A stretch of 55,591 bases of DNA from a virus. Below, in pieces: positions 46,888 through 55,591 of the stretch. The notes beneath the pieces were generated by a model. The model ran no database searches. It was not told the origin of the DNA and saw only the letters and a list, made by a program, of their open reading frames with translations. Location of the stretch: positions 1-55,591 of the IMG/VR virus record IMGVR_UViG_3300032237_001108. One strand, 5' to 3'. Position 1 is the stretch's first letter, and each line of letters begins with the position of its first letter. Position numbers and translations under genes: made by a program.

Positions 46888-47709
46888 TCAGCCGTTGCCG
46901 TAGTGCTCGCTGAGGAACGCGCTGCCGGAGGTGCCGCGGGCCTGCTCCACCGATCGGCCCTGAACACCACGAACACCGCGAGCGCCCACGAAACCACCGG
47001 AGCCCTCCCCGCCCTTGGCGCGGAAGAAGGTGCCTACCACTGCAGAGTTGTCGGCCTGCTGGTTCAACCATGCCACCGGGTCCACGTCCACCCCTTCGGC
47101 GGACTTCACCCGATCACCGTCGTTATCCACCACGTAGAGCTTTCCATTGGTCTCGTCCACCCGGAGGTGGCGCTTGCCTTGGAACTCCATCCATGCGTCA
47201 AAGAACGACAGGCCGGAGGCGTCGGCACCATCGCGGCCATCGGCAGCCGAGAACACCCCGCGGGCCATGGTCTTGACCTCCAGGGCGATCCGGCGGGCCT
47301 TCTCTGCCTCGGCGGTGGTCGTGGCCTTGCGCACCGCCTCGTTGGCCTTGCTCTCGATCCGCTGCCGCTCGGCGGCGGTGAGCTGTTCGCGCTCGGCTAG
47401 GCGGCGCTCCAACTCAATCGCCTTCTCTTGGGCCTGCCGGTAGGCGTCAGGGCTCAGATCCTTGACGGTGGCGAGCTGCGTCTCCATCTGCGCCAAGCGG
47501 CGCTCCAGCGCCTTGCGGGTTTCGCGCTCCTGCCGCAGGGCCTTTTGTCCGGCCTCCCCTAGGCTCGGATCGTCGGGGTCCAGCTCCTCGCCGGTGCCGC
47601 CACCGCCGCCGCCATCGCCCGCGCCTGCGGGGTCGGGCTCCACGGTGGGCCATGGCCGCAGCCATTCGCCAGCAGTCCCGAGGAGCTGATCAATCAGGGT
47701 CCGTTTCAT
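46888..47709 (-). CDS. Scaffolding protein
   Basis: 273 aa. It has an acidic Gly-rich N-terminus and a long charged coiled coil (QKALRQERETRKALERRLAQMETQLATVKDL...ELERRLAEREQLTAAERQRIESKANEAVRKA). It sits directly upstream of the capsid gene. Confidence 0.6.
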   Translation of the reverse strand: MKRTLIDQLLGTAGEWLRPWPTVEPDPAGAGDGGGGGGTGEELDPDDPSLGEAGQKALRQERETRKALERRLAQMETQLATVKDLSPDAYRQAQEKAIELERRLAEREQLTAAERQRIESKANEAVRKATTTAEAEKARRIALEVKTMARGVFSAADGRDGADASGLSFFDAWMEFQGKRHLRVDETNGKLYVVDNDGDRVKSAEGVDVDPVAWLNQQADNSAVVGTFFRAKGGEGSGGFVGARGVRGVQGRSVEQARGTSGSAFLSEHYGNG

Positions 47710-47750
47710 GCGTTGCCGGGAAATCGCTCCGCCGGTGCAAGTTGCCCCGC

Positions 47751-47760
47751 AGTTTTCCCG
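47751..47760 (-). promoter_or_regulatory. Motif I copy 14 (CGGGAAAACT)
   Basis: Exact 10-mer, 41 nt upstream of ATG 47709 (scaffold). Confidence 0.6.
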
Positions 47761-47770
47761 GTTCGGTTGC

Positions 47771-47902
47771 CTAGCCCTTCAGCGCCTGCGCCACGGCCTT
47801 AGCAATGGCGCGATCCACCGCCTGGCGCTGCAGCAGGCGGTCACGGTTGGCCAGGGCCACGAGTTGGGCGGTCTGGACTAGGGGAGGGGAGGGGGTGGTC
47901 AT
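47771..47902 (-). CDS. Hypothetical 43-aa protein
   Basis: MTTPSPPLVQTAQLVALANRDRLLQRQAVDRAIAKAVAQALKG. The ATG lies 1 nt after the TAA of the upstream gene. Confidence 0.35.
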   Translation of the reverse strand: MTTPSPPLVQTAQLVALANRDRLLQRQAVDRAIAKAVAQALKG

Positions 47903-47903
47903 A

Positions 47904-48869
47904 TTAAAAGCCAAGCCATGGTGTTCCTATAATTGTAACGGGGGTCGCGTCATTGATAGCCGCGTTAAAAATAACTGTGCCTAGATAATCTGGCAACGCT
48001 TCAACCTGGGAAAGGTTGTACTGAAAGGTATCGCTAACCTTGGGCGGGTAGTCGTAAACAGAAACATCCGCGCCTTGGCTTTCAACCACGATCCCAGGGT
48101 AGAAACTTTGAAATGCGGGATCACTTTCGGTCACCACTGCGCCAGGATTCGCCAGCACCTTAGAGTTATTGATTTCAAACGGCCAGCTCAAAAACGGATT
48201 TCCAGTAGATGCCCCGGCCTTCATCCATCGAGTGTCTGCGATAAAAGTGCCGTAAATGACTTCTCCTGCATAATCGCCGCCGCCGCCTGCAACAAGTGAA
48301 ACCAGCGGAGGCTGTGAAAAGTTGTCGTCACCAAAAGTATGAACTCTTAGGCTAGACGCAAAGCCTCCGTGATTGCCAAACACTTCTCGCCAGCCCACAA
48401 CTGTGCTGCCAATAACAACTGGTACAACGTCTGCTTTTAGTTGATATACTAACTTGCTAGAGTTAAGCATGTCGTATTTTTTTTGATTGACGTTGCCAAA
48501 GTCTTCCCATATTGTCCAAGCGTCCACCGCCTCGTAAGTGTTAAACCCTATTCCCCCAGAAATGGGCTCAAAAGCCTTTATGACCGTCAGAGTTCTTTGG
48601 CACGTAGCGGAATAGGTAATCTTTGCTCCCGCCCTCCTTTTCCTCCAAATCCGCCACTTCAACGGATCCCCCGTCTCCAGCAACCCTCCGGTCGTCCGAT
48701 CAGGTGTCACCGGCCGCTGTCGCAGCGCGGCAGCGTGGCGGGCCTTAACCCTGGCCTTGATCTTCTCGCTCAGCACCCGGCTGTCCAGCGCCTCTCGATT
48801 GGCGTACTGCGCCGCCCTGGCGGACTCAATCAGTCGCGCCGGAATGTTGAGGTTGACGTTACCGGGCAT
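47904..48869 (-). CDS. Tail-associated protein (321 aa) with AT-richer C-terminal two thirds
   Basis: ORF overlapping the upstream stop. The region 47904 to about 48560 is visibly AT-richer than its flanks. No family recognised. Confidence 0.6.
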   Translation of the reverse strand: MPGNVNLNIPARLIESARAAQYANREALDSRVLSEKIKARVKARHAAALRQRPVTPDRTTGGLLETGDPLKWRIWRKRRAGAKITYSATCQRTLTVIKAFEPISGGIGFNTYEAVDAWTIWEDFGNVNQKKYDMLNSSKLVYQLKADVVPVVIGSTVVGWREVFGNHGGFASSLRVHTFGDDNFSQPPLVSLVAGGGGDYAGEVIYGTFIADTRWMKAGASTGNPFLSWPFEINNSKVLANPGAVVTESDPAFQSFYPGIVVESQGADVSVYDYPPKVSDTFQYNLSQVEALPDYLGTVIFNAAINDATPVTIIGTPWLGF

Positions 48870-49315
48870 CAGGCGGTCACCAAGAACCCATCAGTGAACA
48901 GGAGCACCGAATAGGAGCGGGGCTCGCCAGGGCTGAGCACAACATTGGGGTTTTCCGTGAGCACGAACGAAACGCCAGTGTTCCAGGTCGTCGTGCTGCC
49001 TGAGATGGTGCCAATTACAAGGTAGGCGGTGTTCCAGTTCAGGCCGGCGCCGCCGGAGGATGCGGCATATTCGCAAAGCTGAGCCGCCACTTCAAAGCGC
49101 TCTGTGGTGCTGTTGTAGCTGCCCGAGGGGATTGTCCACTCAAAGCGGGCGTAGCCGTTGCCGCTCAGTTCTGCCGCGTCCCAAGCGGCGGTATTGCTGG
49201 TCACCCCCAGCGATCCAGAGTTGACCGCCAGGCATAGCCGGGCCCTCTTGCCGGCGTAGTTGCTGGCGAACAGGCGCCCCGCTTCGTAGGGGGTCTGGGT
49301 CATTGCAGCGGCCAT
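48869..49315 (-). CDS. Hypothetical tail protein (148 aa)
   Basis: ORF with its own motif I copy, downstream of the tail-tip gene. Confidence 0.55.
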   Translation of the reverse strand: MAAAMTQTPYEAGRLFASNYAGKRARLCLAVNSGSLGVTSNTAAWDAAELSGNGYARFEWTIPSGSYNSTTERFEVAAQLCEYAASSGGAGLNWNTAYLVIGTISGSTTTWNTGVSFVLTENPNVVLSPGEPRSYSVLLFTDGFLVTA

Positions 49316-49336
49316 GGGCTCTCAGTCTGTGCTGCT

Positions 49337-49346
49337 AGTTTTCCCG
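49337..49346 (-). promoter_or_regulatory. Motif I copy 15 (CGGGAAAACT)
   Basis: Exact 10-mer, 3 nt after the tail-tip stop and 21 nt upstream of ATG 49315. Confidence 0.6.
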
Positions 49347-49349
49347 GCT

Positions 49350-52211
49350 TCATTGAAAGAAAATCATCGGGCCGAAGTAGGCCACACCGTCTCCTGGGAT
49401 TGCGTAATTGCTAGTGCCTGTATAAACTGCATAATTCTGGACAAAAGTTACACCAGATAATGCGTTCACGCCAGTTGCGTTCTTGATCATTGCATCAGCA
49501 ACCGTGGCGCTGAGGTTTTCGCAGTAGAACAGATAAGACCCCGGCTGCAGCGTTGGTCCATTAACATTGAACCTGCGCCAAGCCCCATCAAACGTCCCGC
49601 CGGTTGCAGTGATGTTGCCAAGAGAGTTACCATATCCTGAAAATGCAAGCGGGTTTAACGTGTCTAACGGAATGACCTGGACCGAGTAATTGTTGTTGAG
49701 GTCAGCTTGGGTAGGATTGTAGAAACCAACACCGGAAACCGTCTTAGCCGAAGCCAAGGTAAACACAAAACCATAGATAGATTCATTTTCAATATCCCAC
49801 GTCGTTGAGGTGCCGCCTGTAAACGTAAAGGCTGCCCCGGTGCCGCCGCTGCCACTGCCGCCAGACGCAGCCGAAAGGGTCGCAATCGCTCCCGATCCAG
49901 CGCCTGCGATCAGCCGTTTCATCTTGATGGCCACCACGCCGCTGCCGCTGCCCGCAAGCACCTCCACGGCCGGCTGCCGGATCCACGGCAGGGCGGTTGC
50001 CGTCGCCCCGCTGCCACTGCCGGCGGCGATCTCCACCGTTTCGTGGTACGGCCGGAGGATTGCGGCAGGAGCGGCGGTCTGGGCGAACACCGGGGCTTGA
50101 TTGACGGGCAGGGCGGCGAACAGGGCGGCCAGATCAGGATTGCTCGCGTTGAAGCCTTGGGGAATAGCGATTGAGTTGGCCGGTGCCGGGCTGGCGTTGG
50201 TGGTGATCGCGACAGGGGAAGGTAGCGACGTGGCGCCAGGGGGGAGGGGGAACCACGCGTCTGCCACGGTGCCATCCACAGCGCCCCAGAACAGGGCATC
50301 CGCCGTAGCTGTAACCCCTTGGGGGTCAATGTTGTAGGTGATGCCGTTGACCCTGAAGGCGCCGGTGCAGCCATTGAGGCGGATGAACACCAGCCCCAGG
50401 GGCTGCGGTGGCAGCAGTTCGGGAAGCACTTGAATGCCAACCCCGTTTCGGTGCCCCAGCAAGAGCCGGTTTTCGGTGGTCGCATAGTGGAGGGCCATTT
50501 GATCGGCTTGGGCCTTGATCACTCTGTAGGTGCCGCCGCTGTAGACAATCCGATCATCCGGGGCATAGGGCGGGCTGAGCTCGATGGCGGTCTGACTGGT
50601 GGCCGATCCCACGGCCCAGGTCGCCGTGGAGGCAGTTTCAACGGTGGGAGCCTTCAGGTTGGCCGCTGCGGTTCGATCGGCCTCGCTGGGCCGTTTCTGG
50701 AGGCCAAACTCTCGCTCGGTGCGGATCCGGGTTTCCGAGCCGGCCGACACCAGCCGCTGCGCCATCGCCAGGATCTCGCTCAGCCTTGTGCTGTCAAGTT
50801 GGTTGCCGGCATCGCGAAGGCGTGAAATCGCCTCGCTGCCGTCCGGGGTGTTAATGAATGGCACATAAGAAGTAGTTACGGTCTTGGTGATACCCGTTCT
50901 TGCATCTTTTTCATAAGTCGTTTGCCTGTAGCTTGATTGATAATGTTCTCCATAGCCAACGCCCCGTAGCTGGCTGTAAGACTGCTGATAACCAACGGAA
51001 GTTTTTAGCGGCGCCAGCGGTGACCATTCCGTTGCTGTTTCAGACAGTACCTCTGAATAGTTATCAGGCTTGGTAGGGCCGGAGCCGTTGACCTTGTATT
51101 TATAGGCAGTTTCGCCGTATTCCAGGCCCCAAAGCCCAAGGGTTGAGGTCTTGCGCACGGTGACACGATCCCAGGCATCGTAGGTTGTTTCTGTGACTGT
51201 GCGGGTTAGGTAGCTGATCTCCTGCTTCAGTTGATAGGCCTTCACCTCGAAAACCTGATCCATTACGGCATTGCCTAGCACAAGGGTTTCCTGGCCGTTT
51301 GCGATAGAGCTGCTAAGGACGTAATAAACCGGCCTTCCGTTAGCGTCCCTACGCTGCTTGTAAGCAAAGCTGCCATCATCGTTGTAGACCGGTGTTTTTT
51401 GGTACTCGGTCCACTGGTGCGTGTAGCGCTGGGGGGCGCTGACACTGACCTCTTGCTCCCAATTCCTTTTCTGTAAAGTGGCTGCGTCGATAGTCCGTGG
51501 CGTCAGTTTCAGGCTGGTGTATTTGGCGTACACAGCATCACCCGAAAGATCGCCTGTATTGATTGAGTTGAGATCAATCAGATCGTCCTCTGTGATGAGC
51601 ACACTAGCGCCGATCTCGGTCGGCGCCTTGTTGATGAACTCCACCAGGCCCGCCGGGGTCATCCGCACGGCATAGCCCTCGGAGCTGGCCAGCTTGCCCA
51701 GTTCCTCCACGTAGCCGGCGGTGAGATCAAACTCCTGCCGCGTGTAGTGGTTGGTGAGCGGGATTGATCCGGCCGCCGTGAGCCCCAGGACTGAGAGGAT
51801 CTGCTCCACCAGCCAGCTCGCGGGGATCGCAGGCGCCGCAGCACGCCAGACCGCCTCTGGGGTGTCCGGGTTGGCCTGGCGGGTGGTGAGGCTATCTGGC
51901 GGCTGTTTGCGAGCCTCGAAGTAGGCCAGGTCACAGCCGACGCTTACCGCTGTGGTCTTGCCACCAAGGGGGTTGGCGAACGACGACAGGACCAGCAGGC
52001 GGCAGGGGAGCCGGGCGATCCAGTTCTGGCCATCGCTGTAGGCCAGTTCCACAACGGTGCCGGGGGCAGGGCGGTAGATGCCTGCCAGGTTGATGGTGCC
52101 TTTGGTAGTGATCACCCCAGAGCCCTGCGCGTGGGATTCGGCCACGCTGCTGCTTCCATCGGCGAGCGGGCCGAGGCTGCACCAGGAGTAGGCGCGGGAA
52201 TCGGTGCTCAT
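49350..52211 (-). CDS. Tail tip / host-specificity protein (953 aa)
   Basis: A large ORF third after the tape measure, with a 4-nt overlap with the upstream gene. Size and position are typical of siphovirus Tal/J-like proteins. Confidence 0.65.
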   Translation of the reverse strand: MSTDSRAYSWCSLGPLADGSSSVAESHAQGSGVITTKGTINLAGIYRPAPGTVVELAYSDGQNWIARLPCRLLVLSSFANPLGGKTTAVSVGCDLAYFEARKQPPDSLTTRQANPDTPEAVWRAAAPAIPASWLVEQILSVLGLTAAGSIPLTNHYTRQEFDLTAGYVEELGKLASSEGYAVRMTPAGLVEFINKAPTEIGASVLITEDDLIDLNSINTGDLSGDAVYAKYTSLKLTPRTIDAATLQKRNWEQEVSVSAPQRYTHQWTEYQKTPVYNDDGSFAYKQRRDANGRPVYYVLSSSIANGQETLVLGNAVMDQVFEVKAYQLKQEISYLTRTVTETTYDAWDRVTVRKTSTLGLWGLEYGETAYKYKVNGSGPTKPDNYSEVLSETATEWSPLAPLKTSVGYQQSYSQLRGVGYGEHYQSSYRQTTYEKDARTGITKTVTTSYVPFINTPDGSEAISRLRDAGNQLDSTRLSEILAMAQRLVSAGSETRIRTEREFGLQKRPSEADRTAAANLKAPTVETASTATWAVGSATSQTAIELSPPYAPDDRIVYSGGTYRVIKAQADQMALHYATTENRLLLGHRNGVGIQVLPELLPPQPLGLVFIRLNGCTGAFRVNGITYNIDPQGVTATADALFWGAVDGTVADAWFPLPPGATSLPSPVAITTNASPAPANSIAIPQGFNASNPDLAALFAALPVNQAPVFAQTAAPAAILRPYHETVEIAAGSGSGATATALPWIRQPAVEVLAGSGSGVVAIKMKRLIAGAGSGAIATLSAASGGSGSGGTGAAFTFTGGTSTTWDIENESIYGFVFTLASAKTVSGVGFYNPTQADLNNNYSVQVIPLDTLNPLAFSGYGNSLGNITATGGTFDGAWRRFNVNGPTLQPGSYLFYCENLSATVADAMIKNATGVNALSGVTFVQNYAVYTGTSNYAIPGDGVAYFGPMIFFQ

Positions 52212-52963
52212 CGGATCTTGCTCACAGCAAAGGACACGTCGTAGTAGGTGCCGATCGTGCCGCCATCAGCGCGGCGCCGGGCCACGGGCTCGGACCATTC
52301 GGTGGGGAACCATCCACCGGTGGAGGGGCTGGCTGCGGTGGTGGCCTTGAGCCAGGTTTCCAGCAGAGTCAGGTTCGCGGCAGTGACCCATCCCTGAACC
52401 CGCCGCGTTTCGGTCACAGCCAGCGGCCCGGTGATCACGTGCTTCCCAGCGGGGGTGAGCGCAAGGGATGGCAGATCGGCAAAGCTGTCGGGCCGGGCGG
52501 TGAGGTTCACCACGGCGCTCCCAAAGGTCAGCGTGCCCAGGTTGAGCTGTGCGGCCTGCTCTGCCTCCTCCTCGCCTTGACGCAGCAGGATCGCCAGCGC
52601 CTGGGAGGCATCCACGAGGGTGATGCTCACCCGGCAGAACATGCCCGCCATCGCGATCGATGGCGCCGAGGTGAACCAGCAGGGCACCGCTGAGCTCCAC
52701 GCAAACCCCGGCGCCTCGCCGGTCAGGCTCACGGTGGTCCCCACCACGCCCGTGCGCACCGGGTCATCCTCCAGGAGCCGCACTGCGTTCCAGGTGTCGT
52801 ACAGGCCGGCGATCGTGGCCCCGTCCTCGCGGTTGACGATGCCCGAGAGGGCCCACCGGCGAGCGGCCCGACCCCTCCGCACGTCCACCTCGTCGTAGCC
52901 GAAAGGGTGGTCCGTGAGGTTCGGGAAGGTGTAGGCGGTGCCGCCGTAGGAGAGCGTGATCAT
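52208..52963 (-). CDS. Distal tail protein (Dit-like)
   Basis: 251 aa, immediately after the tape measure with a 4-nt overlap. Call is by position. Confidence 0.5.
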   Translation of the reverse strand: MITLSYGGTAYTFPNLTDHPFGYDEVDVRRGRAARRWALSGIVNREDGATIAGLYDTWNAVRLLEDDPVRTGVVGTTVSLTGEAPGFAWSSAVPCWFTSAPSIAMAGMFCRVSITLVDASQALAILLRQGEEEAEQAAQLNLGTLTFGSAVVNLTARPDSFADLPSLALTPAGKHVITGPLAVTETRRVQGWVTAANLTLLETWLKATTAASPSTGGWFPTEWSEPVARRRADGGTIGTYYDVSFAVSKIR

Positions 52964-55591
52964 CGGAAGCCCTGCAGGGTGTGGAGGAGCCCGGCATTGC
53001 CCGGCAGGTTGACGGTCACCGTGGGGTTGTACGTCCGCATGGTGCCTTCCAGTCGGTTAATGGAGCGGTCCAGGCGCCCCAAGGCGGCCATGTCTCGGCC
53101 GCTGCCGCTGAAGGCCGGCGCGATGGCCGCAAGCTGAGGTGCTGCGGCGCTGCCGCCCCCCAAGGCACCCATGGCCTGCAGTCTGGCCGTCAGGCCAGCA
53201 GGGAGCACCATGCCGGGACTTGGCGGGCTCCAGGAGCCGTAAGCCGGGGCATGGATCAGGGACAGGGCGCCCGAGCGCGACAGGAAGGATTCGGGGCCCA
53301 GCTCGTTCACCTGGTAGGTGCCTTCCGGTTCCACCCCGCCACCGGCCCAGCGGGCAGCGGGGGCTTTGGCCAGGCGGGAGACGGTTTGCAGCAGAGTTTC
53401 AGCTTGCTTATTGGCCGCCGCAAACCCGTCGCTGAGTTGCTTGGTGGCGTCGGTCGCGTTCTGCAGGGGCTCCGGCAATCCCGACGCCGCGGCGTAAATC
53501 TTCTCCACCGGACCATTGCCGGCCTGGATCGTGCCCACGAACACCTCGCGCAGCCGATCAACACCAACGGCGGCCTTGTCCAGCTTGGCCAGCGAACCGC
53601 TCAGGCTGTCCTCCCACCCCTTGCCGGCGGCGGCGGCCCGCTGCTGGTTGGCGGCGGTCCCCTGCTGTGCCTGCTGGGTCTGCCGCTCCAGTCCCCAGAT
53701 TTCGGCCATCTGTCCCAGGCGGGTGCGCTCCTCTGCGGCCTGCTGCTTGGACAGGTTCACCGATTGCTGCTGCAGGCCAATCCGCTCCTTCAGGCTGGCC
53801 TTCTCGATCGGATCGGTGTTGGGGTCCAGGAGCTTGCCTCGCAGTTCCAGCAGTTGCTGACGCTGCTGCAGCACGTTCTGATCGGCGGCGCGGATGGCGC
53901 CCTGCTGCTCCAGGAACTGCGCACCCTGCTTGAGCTCCAGAACCCGGCGCTCCATCTCAAAACGCTGCGCCGTGGCCTCAATACTGGCCTGCATGGCTCG
54001 GTATTCAATCTGCTCACCGTCCCGCTTGATCGCGGCGATCCGCTGCTCTGCGTCCTGGATCACCCGAGCACCGGCGCCGCGCTCTCGCAGAAACTGCAGC
54101 TCCTTCTCGGCCAGGCTGAGGCGGTTGCTGTTGCGGTTGCGCTCCACGTCGAACCCAGATTGCGTGAGCGCCGCCTGAGCGCTGGCAAGATTCACGTAGG
54201 CATCGGCGACCTGTTGGATGACCCGCAGGCGAGCGGTATCCTGCCCCGCGATCTTGTCAGCCAAGCTGGCGCGGGCCTGCTCAACGCTGAGCCTGCCCTT
54301 TGCTACTTCCAGTTCCTGCTTTGCCGTAAGCACCCGCTTCCCGTCCTTGGTGACCTGCTGCTCTAGGGTTGCGGCTAGATCCTTGTTAATTTTCTCGCGC
54401 TCAATGTCAAGATTTCTGATCTGGATTTGCAGCGGCAAGAGTTGACTGCGGAGCTTGGATGGATCGGCGCCCTTGGACAGAGCGGCGGCAATGTCTCCCT
54501 GGATTCCGTTGAGTTGCCTCTGAGCCTCCTCGCGGTCAATCGCTACCTTGATCCCTGTCTTTCTCAGGTCGATCTGCCGCTGATAAATGTCCAGCCAGCC
54601 ATCAATCTGCTTCTGTTCCGGTGCGCCTACCGGGAGGCGGATCTTTCTGGCCAGCAGTTCATTGACCCGCTTCTCAATCTCGGCAAGGTCTTTTGCGCCC
54701 TGCTGAGCAACCGGGGAAACGTCCGTCACCTTCTGCCCCTGGTCAATCTGCTGCAGCAGCTTTAGATACCGTTCAGCGCCGTCGATCTTGGGCTTTAGGG
54801 TGATTCTCCCACTGTCATTCTCCCCCAGCTTGTCGTATTCATCCTTCAGGCTCTTTAGCTCGCCCTTCTGTTTGTCAATGCTGAGCTTAATTTCCAGCGG
54901 CCTTTCAATCTCCCGGAGTTTCATGTAAAGCTCATTGACGCGCTTCTGTGCATCGGTCGTATCAATGCCCAGTTTCTTGCCGTTCGCGATCTCCTTCTGG
55001 AGTTGCGCGATCTGCTCTTTCAGTTCGCGGGCCTTGCTGCTGAGGGCCTCGGTGTCCTGGCCCGCCACTTTGGCGTTGTCGCCGATCAGTTTGTAGGCCA
55101 GCGCTGCGGTGCCCCCGGCCACGGCAACGCTGATCAGGGCCCCCACCCAGCCACCCTTGGCGGCGCCAGACGCCAGGGCCGTCAAGATGGCCGTCTTGGT
55201 CAGTTCAGCGTTGTAAAGAGCTGCCGCCGCCGTGGCCAACTGGATCAGGCCTTGTGCCACCCGGAAGGCAAGCACGGCGCTACCAAGGGCGACGGTGGTT
55301 TGCACAAGGGTCTTCGTGGTGGCATCCATCTCGCCAAAGCGGCCGGTCAGCAGGGCAATGCCAGCAGCGGCAGCGGCCACGATCGCAAGATTCCCCCCGA
55401 TCCCGGCCACTGCCACCCCGGCCGCCCTTGCCGCAACGGCCAGTCCCGCGAGCCCACCCGTCTGGGCCAGCACGAGATTGAGCGCGGTGAGGCTGATCGC
55501 GGCGCCCGTGGAGGCGATTCCCAGGGCGATCAGCGCCGCTCCGGTGTCCTTCACGGGCTTGGGCAGTGCCGACACGGCGCCCACGGCAGCG
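52960..55591 (-). CDS. Tail tape measure protein, C-terminal part (open at the right edge; joins 1523..1 through the overlap)
   Basis: The ORF-track entry 52960..55584 begins at an internal GTG only because the window ends, and the frame stays open to 55591. It contains hydrophobic Gly/Ala-rich segments followed by a long charged coiled coil, typical of tape measures. Confidence 0.85.
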   Translation of the reverse strand, partial: AAVGAVSALPKPVKDTGAALIALGIASTGAAISLTALNLVLAQTGGLAGLAVAARAAGVAVAGIGGNLAIVAAAAAGIALLTGRFGEMDATTKTLVQTTVALGSAVLAFRVAQGLIQLATAAAALYNAELTKTAILTALASGAAKGGWVGALISVAVAGGTAALAYKLIGDNAKVAGQDTEALSSKARELKEQIAQLQKEIANGKKLGIDTTDAQKRVNELYMKLREIERPLEIKLSIDKQKGELKSLKDEYDKLGENDSGRITLKPKIDGAERYLKLLQQIDQGQKVTDVSPVAQQGAKDLAEIEKRVNELLARKIRLPVGAPEQKQIDGWLDIYQRQIDLRKTGIKVAIDREEAQRQLNGIQGDIAAALSKGADPSKLRSQLLPLQIQIRNLDIEREKINKDLAATLEQQVTKDGKRVLTAKQELEVAKGRLSVEQARASLADKIAGQDTARLRVIQQVADAYVNLASAQAALTQSGFDVERNRNSNRLSLAEKELQFLRERGAGARVIQDAEQRIAAIKRDGEQIEYRAMQASIEATAQRFEMERRVLELKQGAQFLEQQGAIRAADQNVLQQRQQLLELRGKLLDPNTDPIEKASLKERIGLQQQSVNLSKQQAAEERTRLGQMAEIWGLERQTQQAQQGTAANQQRAAAAGKGWEDSLSGSLAKLDKAAVGVDRLREVFVGTIQAGNGPVEKIYAAASGLPEPLQNATDATKQLSDGFAAANKQAETLLQTVSRLAKAPAARWAGGGVEPEGTYQVNELGPESFLSRSGALSLIHAPAYGSWSPPSPGMVLPAGLTARLQAMGALGGGSAAAPQLAAIAPAFSGSGRDMAALGRLDRSINRLEGTMRTYNPTVTVNLPGNAGLLHTLQGFR
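55469..55591. repeat. Terminal overlap copy B (identical to 1-123)
   Basis: Read directly; see copy A. Confidence 0.95.

Noticed and set aside
1549-49346. GGGAAAA inside motif I as a set of -1 frameshift heptamers
   Set aside because: Most copies are intergenic or within the last few codons of the upstream gene, and no extended alternative frame opens behind them. Only the distinct GGGAAAG at 7905-7911 has a long start-less -1 ORF.
52981-54366. 461-aa plus-strand ORF antisense to the tape measure (similarly 16639..17535 versus MuF, 45813..46730 versus capsid, 8513..9445 versus neck genes)
   Set aside because: All mirror well-supported minus-strand genes and have shadow-ORF composition.
1-55591. 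Search for tRNA, rRNA, tmRNA or CRISPR arrays
   Set aside because: I saw no cloverleaf-compatible 70-90 nt segments, rRNA-like conserved stretches or repeat-spacer arrays while reading the intergenic regions. A tRNAscan/Infernal run would be needed to exclude them formally.

Overview
High-GC window that is a closed circle. Bases 1-123 recur exactly at 55469-55591, giving a 55,468 bp unit, and the tail tape-measure gene runs across that junction. The gene content is that of a temperate, long-tailed (siphovirus-like) phage or prophage of a phycobilisome-containing cyanobacterium. Minus strand, read from high to low coordinates: a leftward operon from 27278 (HTH/TerS-like, small ORFs, pentapeptide-repeat protein, dCTP deaminase, large terminase, sigma-like protein), then portal, MuF-like protein, metallophosphoesterase, neck genes and a G/GT-like frameshift pair. 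Across the junction come tape measure, tail tip, scaffold, HK97-like capsid, fibre, two membrane proteins and a large serine integrase. Plus strand: an inverted nblA-like plus GH24 endolysin cassette (4330-6117), and an early/recombination block (27511-40287) with wHTH proteins, RusA, RHH, a cyAbrB-like regulator, RecT, a full sigma-70 gene and a PD-(D/E)XK exonuclease. I recognised no rRNA, tRNA or CRISPR array. Four things stand out. (1) Five paralogous 490-734 aa Arg/Lys/Ala-rich proteins, about 16% of the genome, share an N-terminal module and a hinge motif and are interleaved with virion genes; one carries a zincin HEMGH domain. (2) The exact 10-mer CGGGAAAACT occurs 15 times on the minus strand, plus one near-copy on the plus strand, mostly 16-28 nt upstream of start codons (two at 41 nt, the capsid copy at 167 nt). 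(3) A second exact 11-mer, CAACCAGCGAA, occurs 6 times, five of them 2-8 nt upstream of starts. (4) A lambda-type GGGAAAG -1 frameshift site is present. All functional calls come from reading the translated sequence by eye; no database search was possible.
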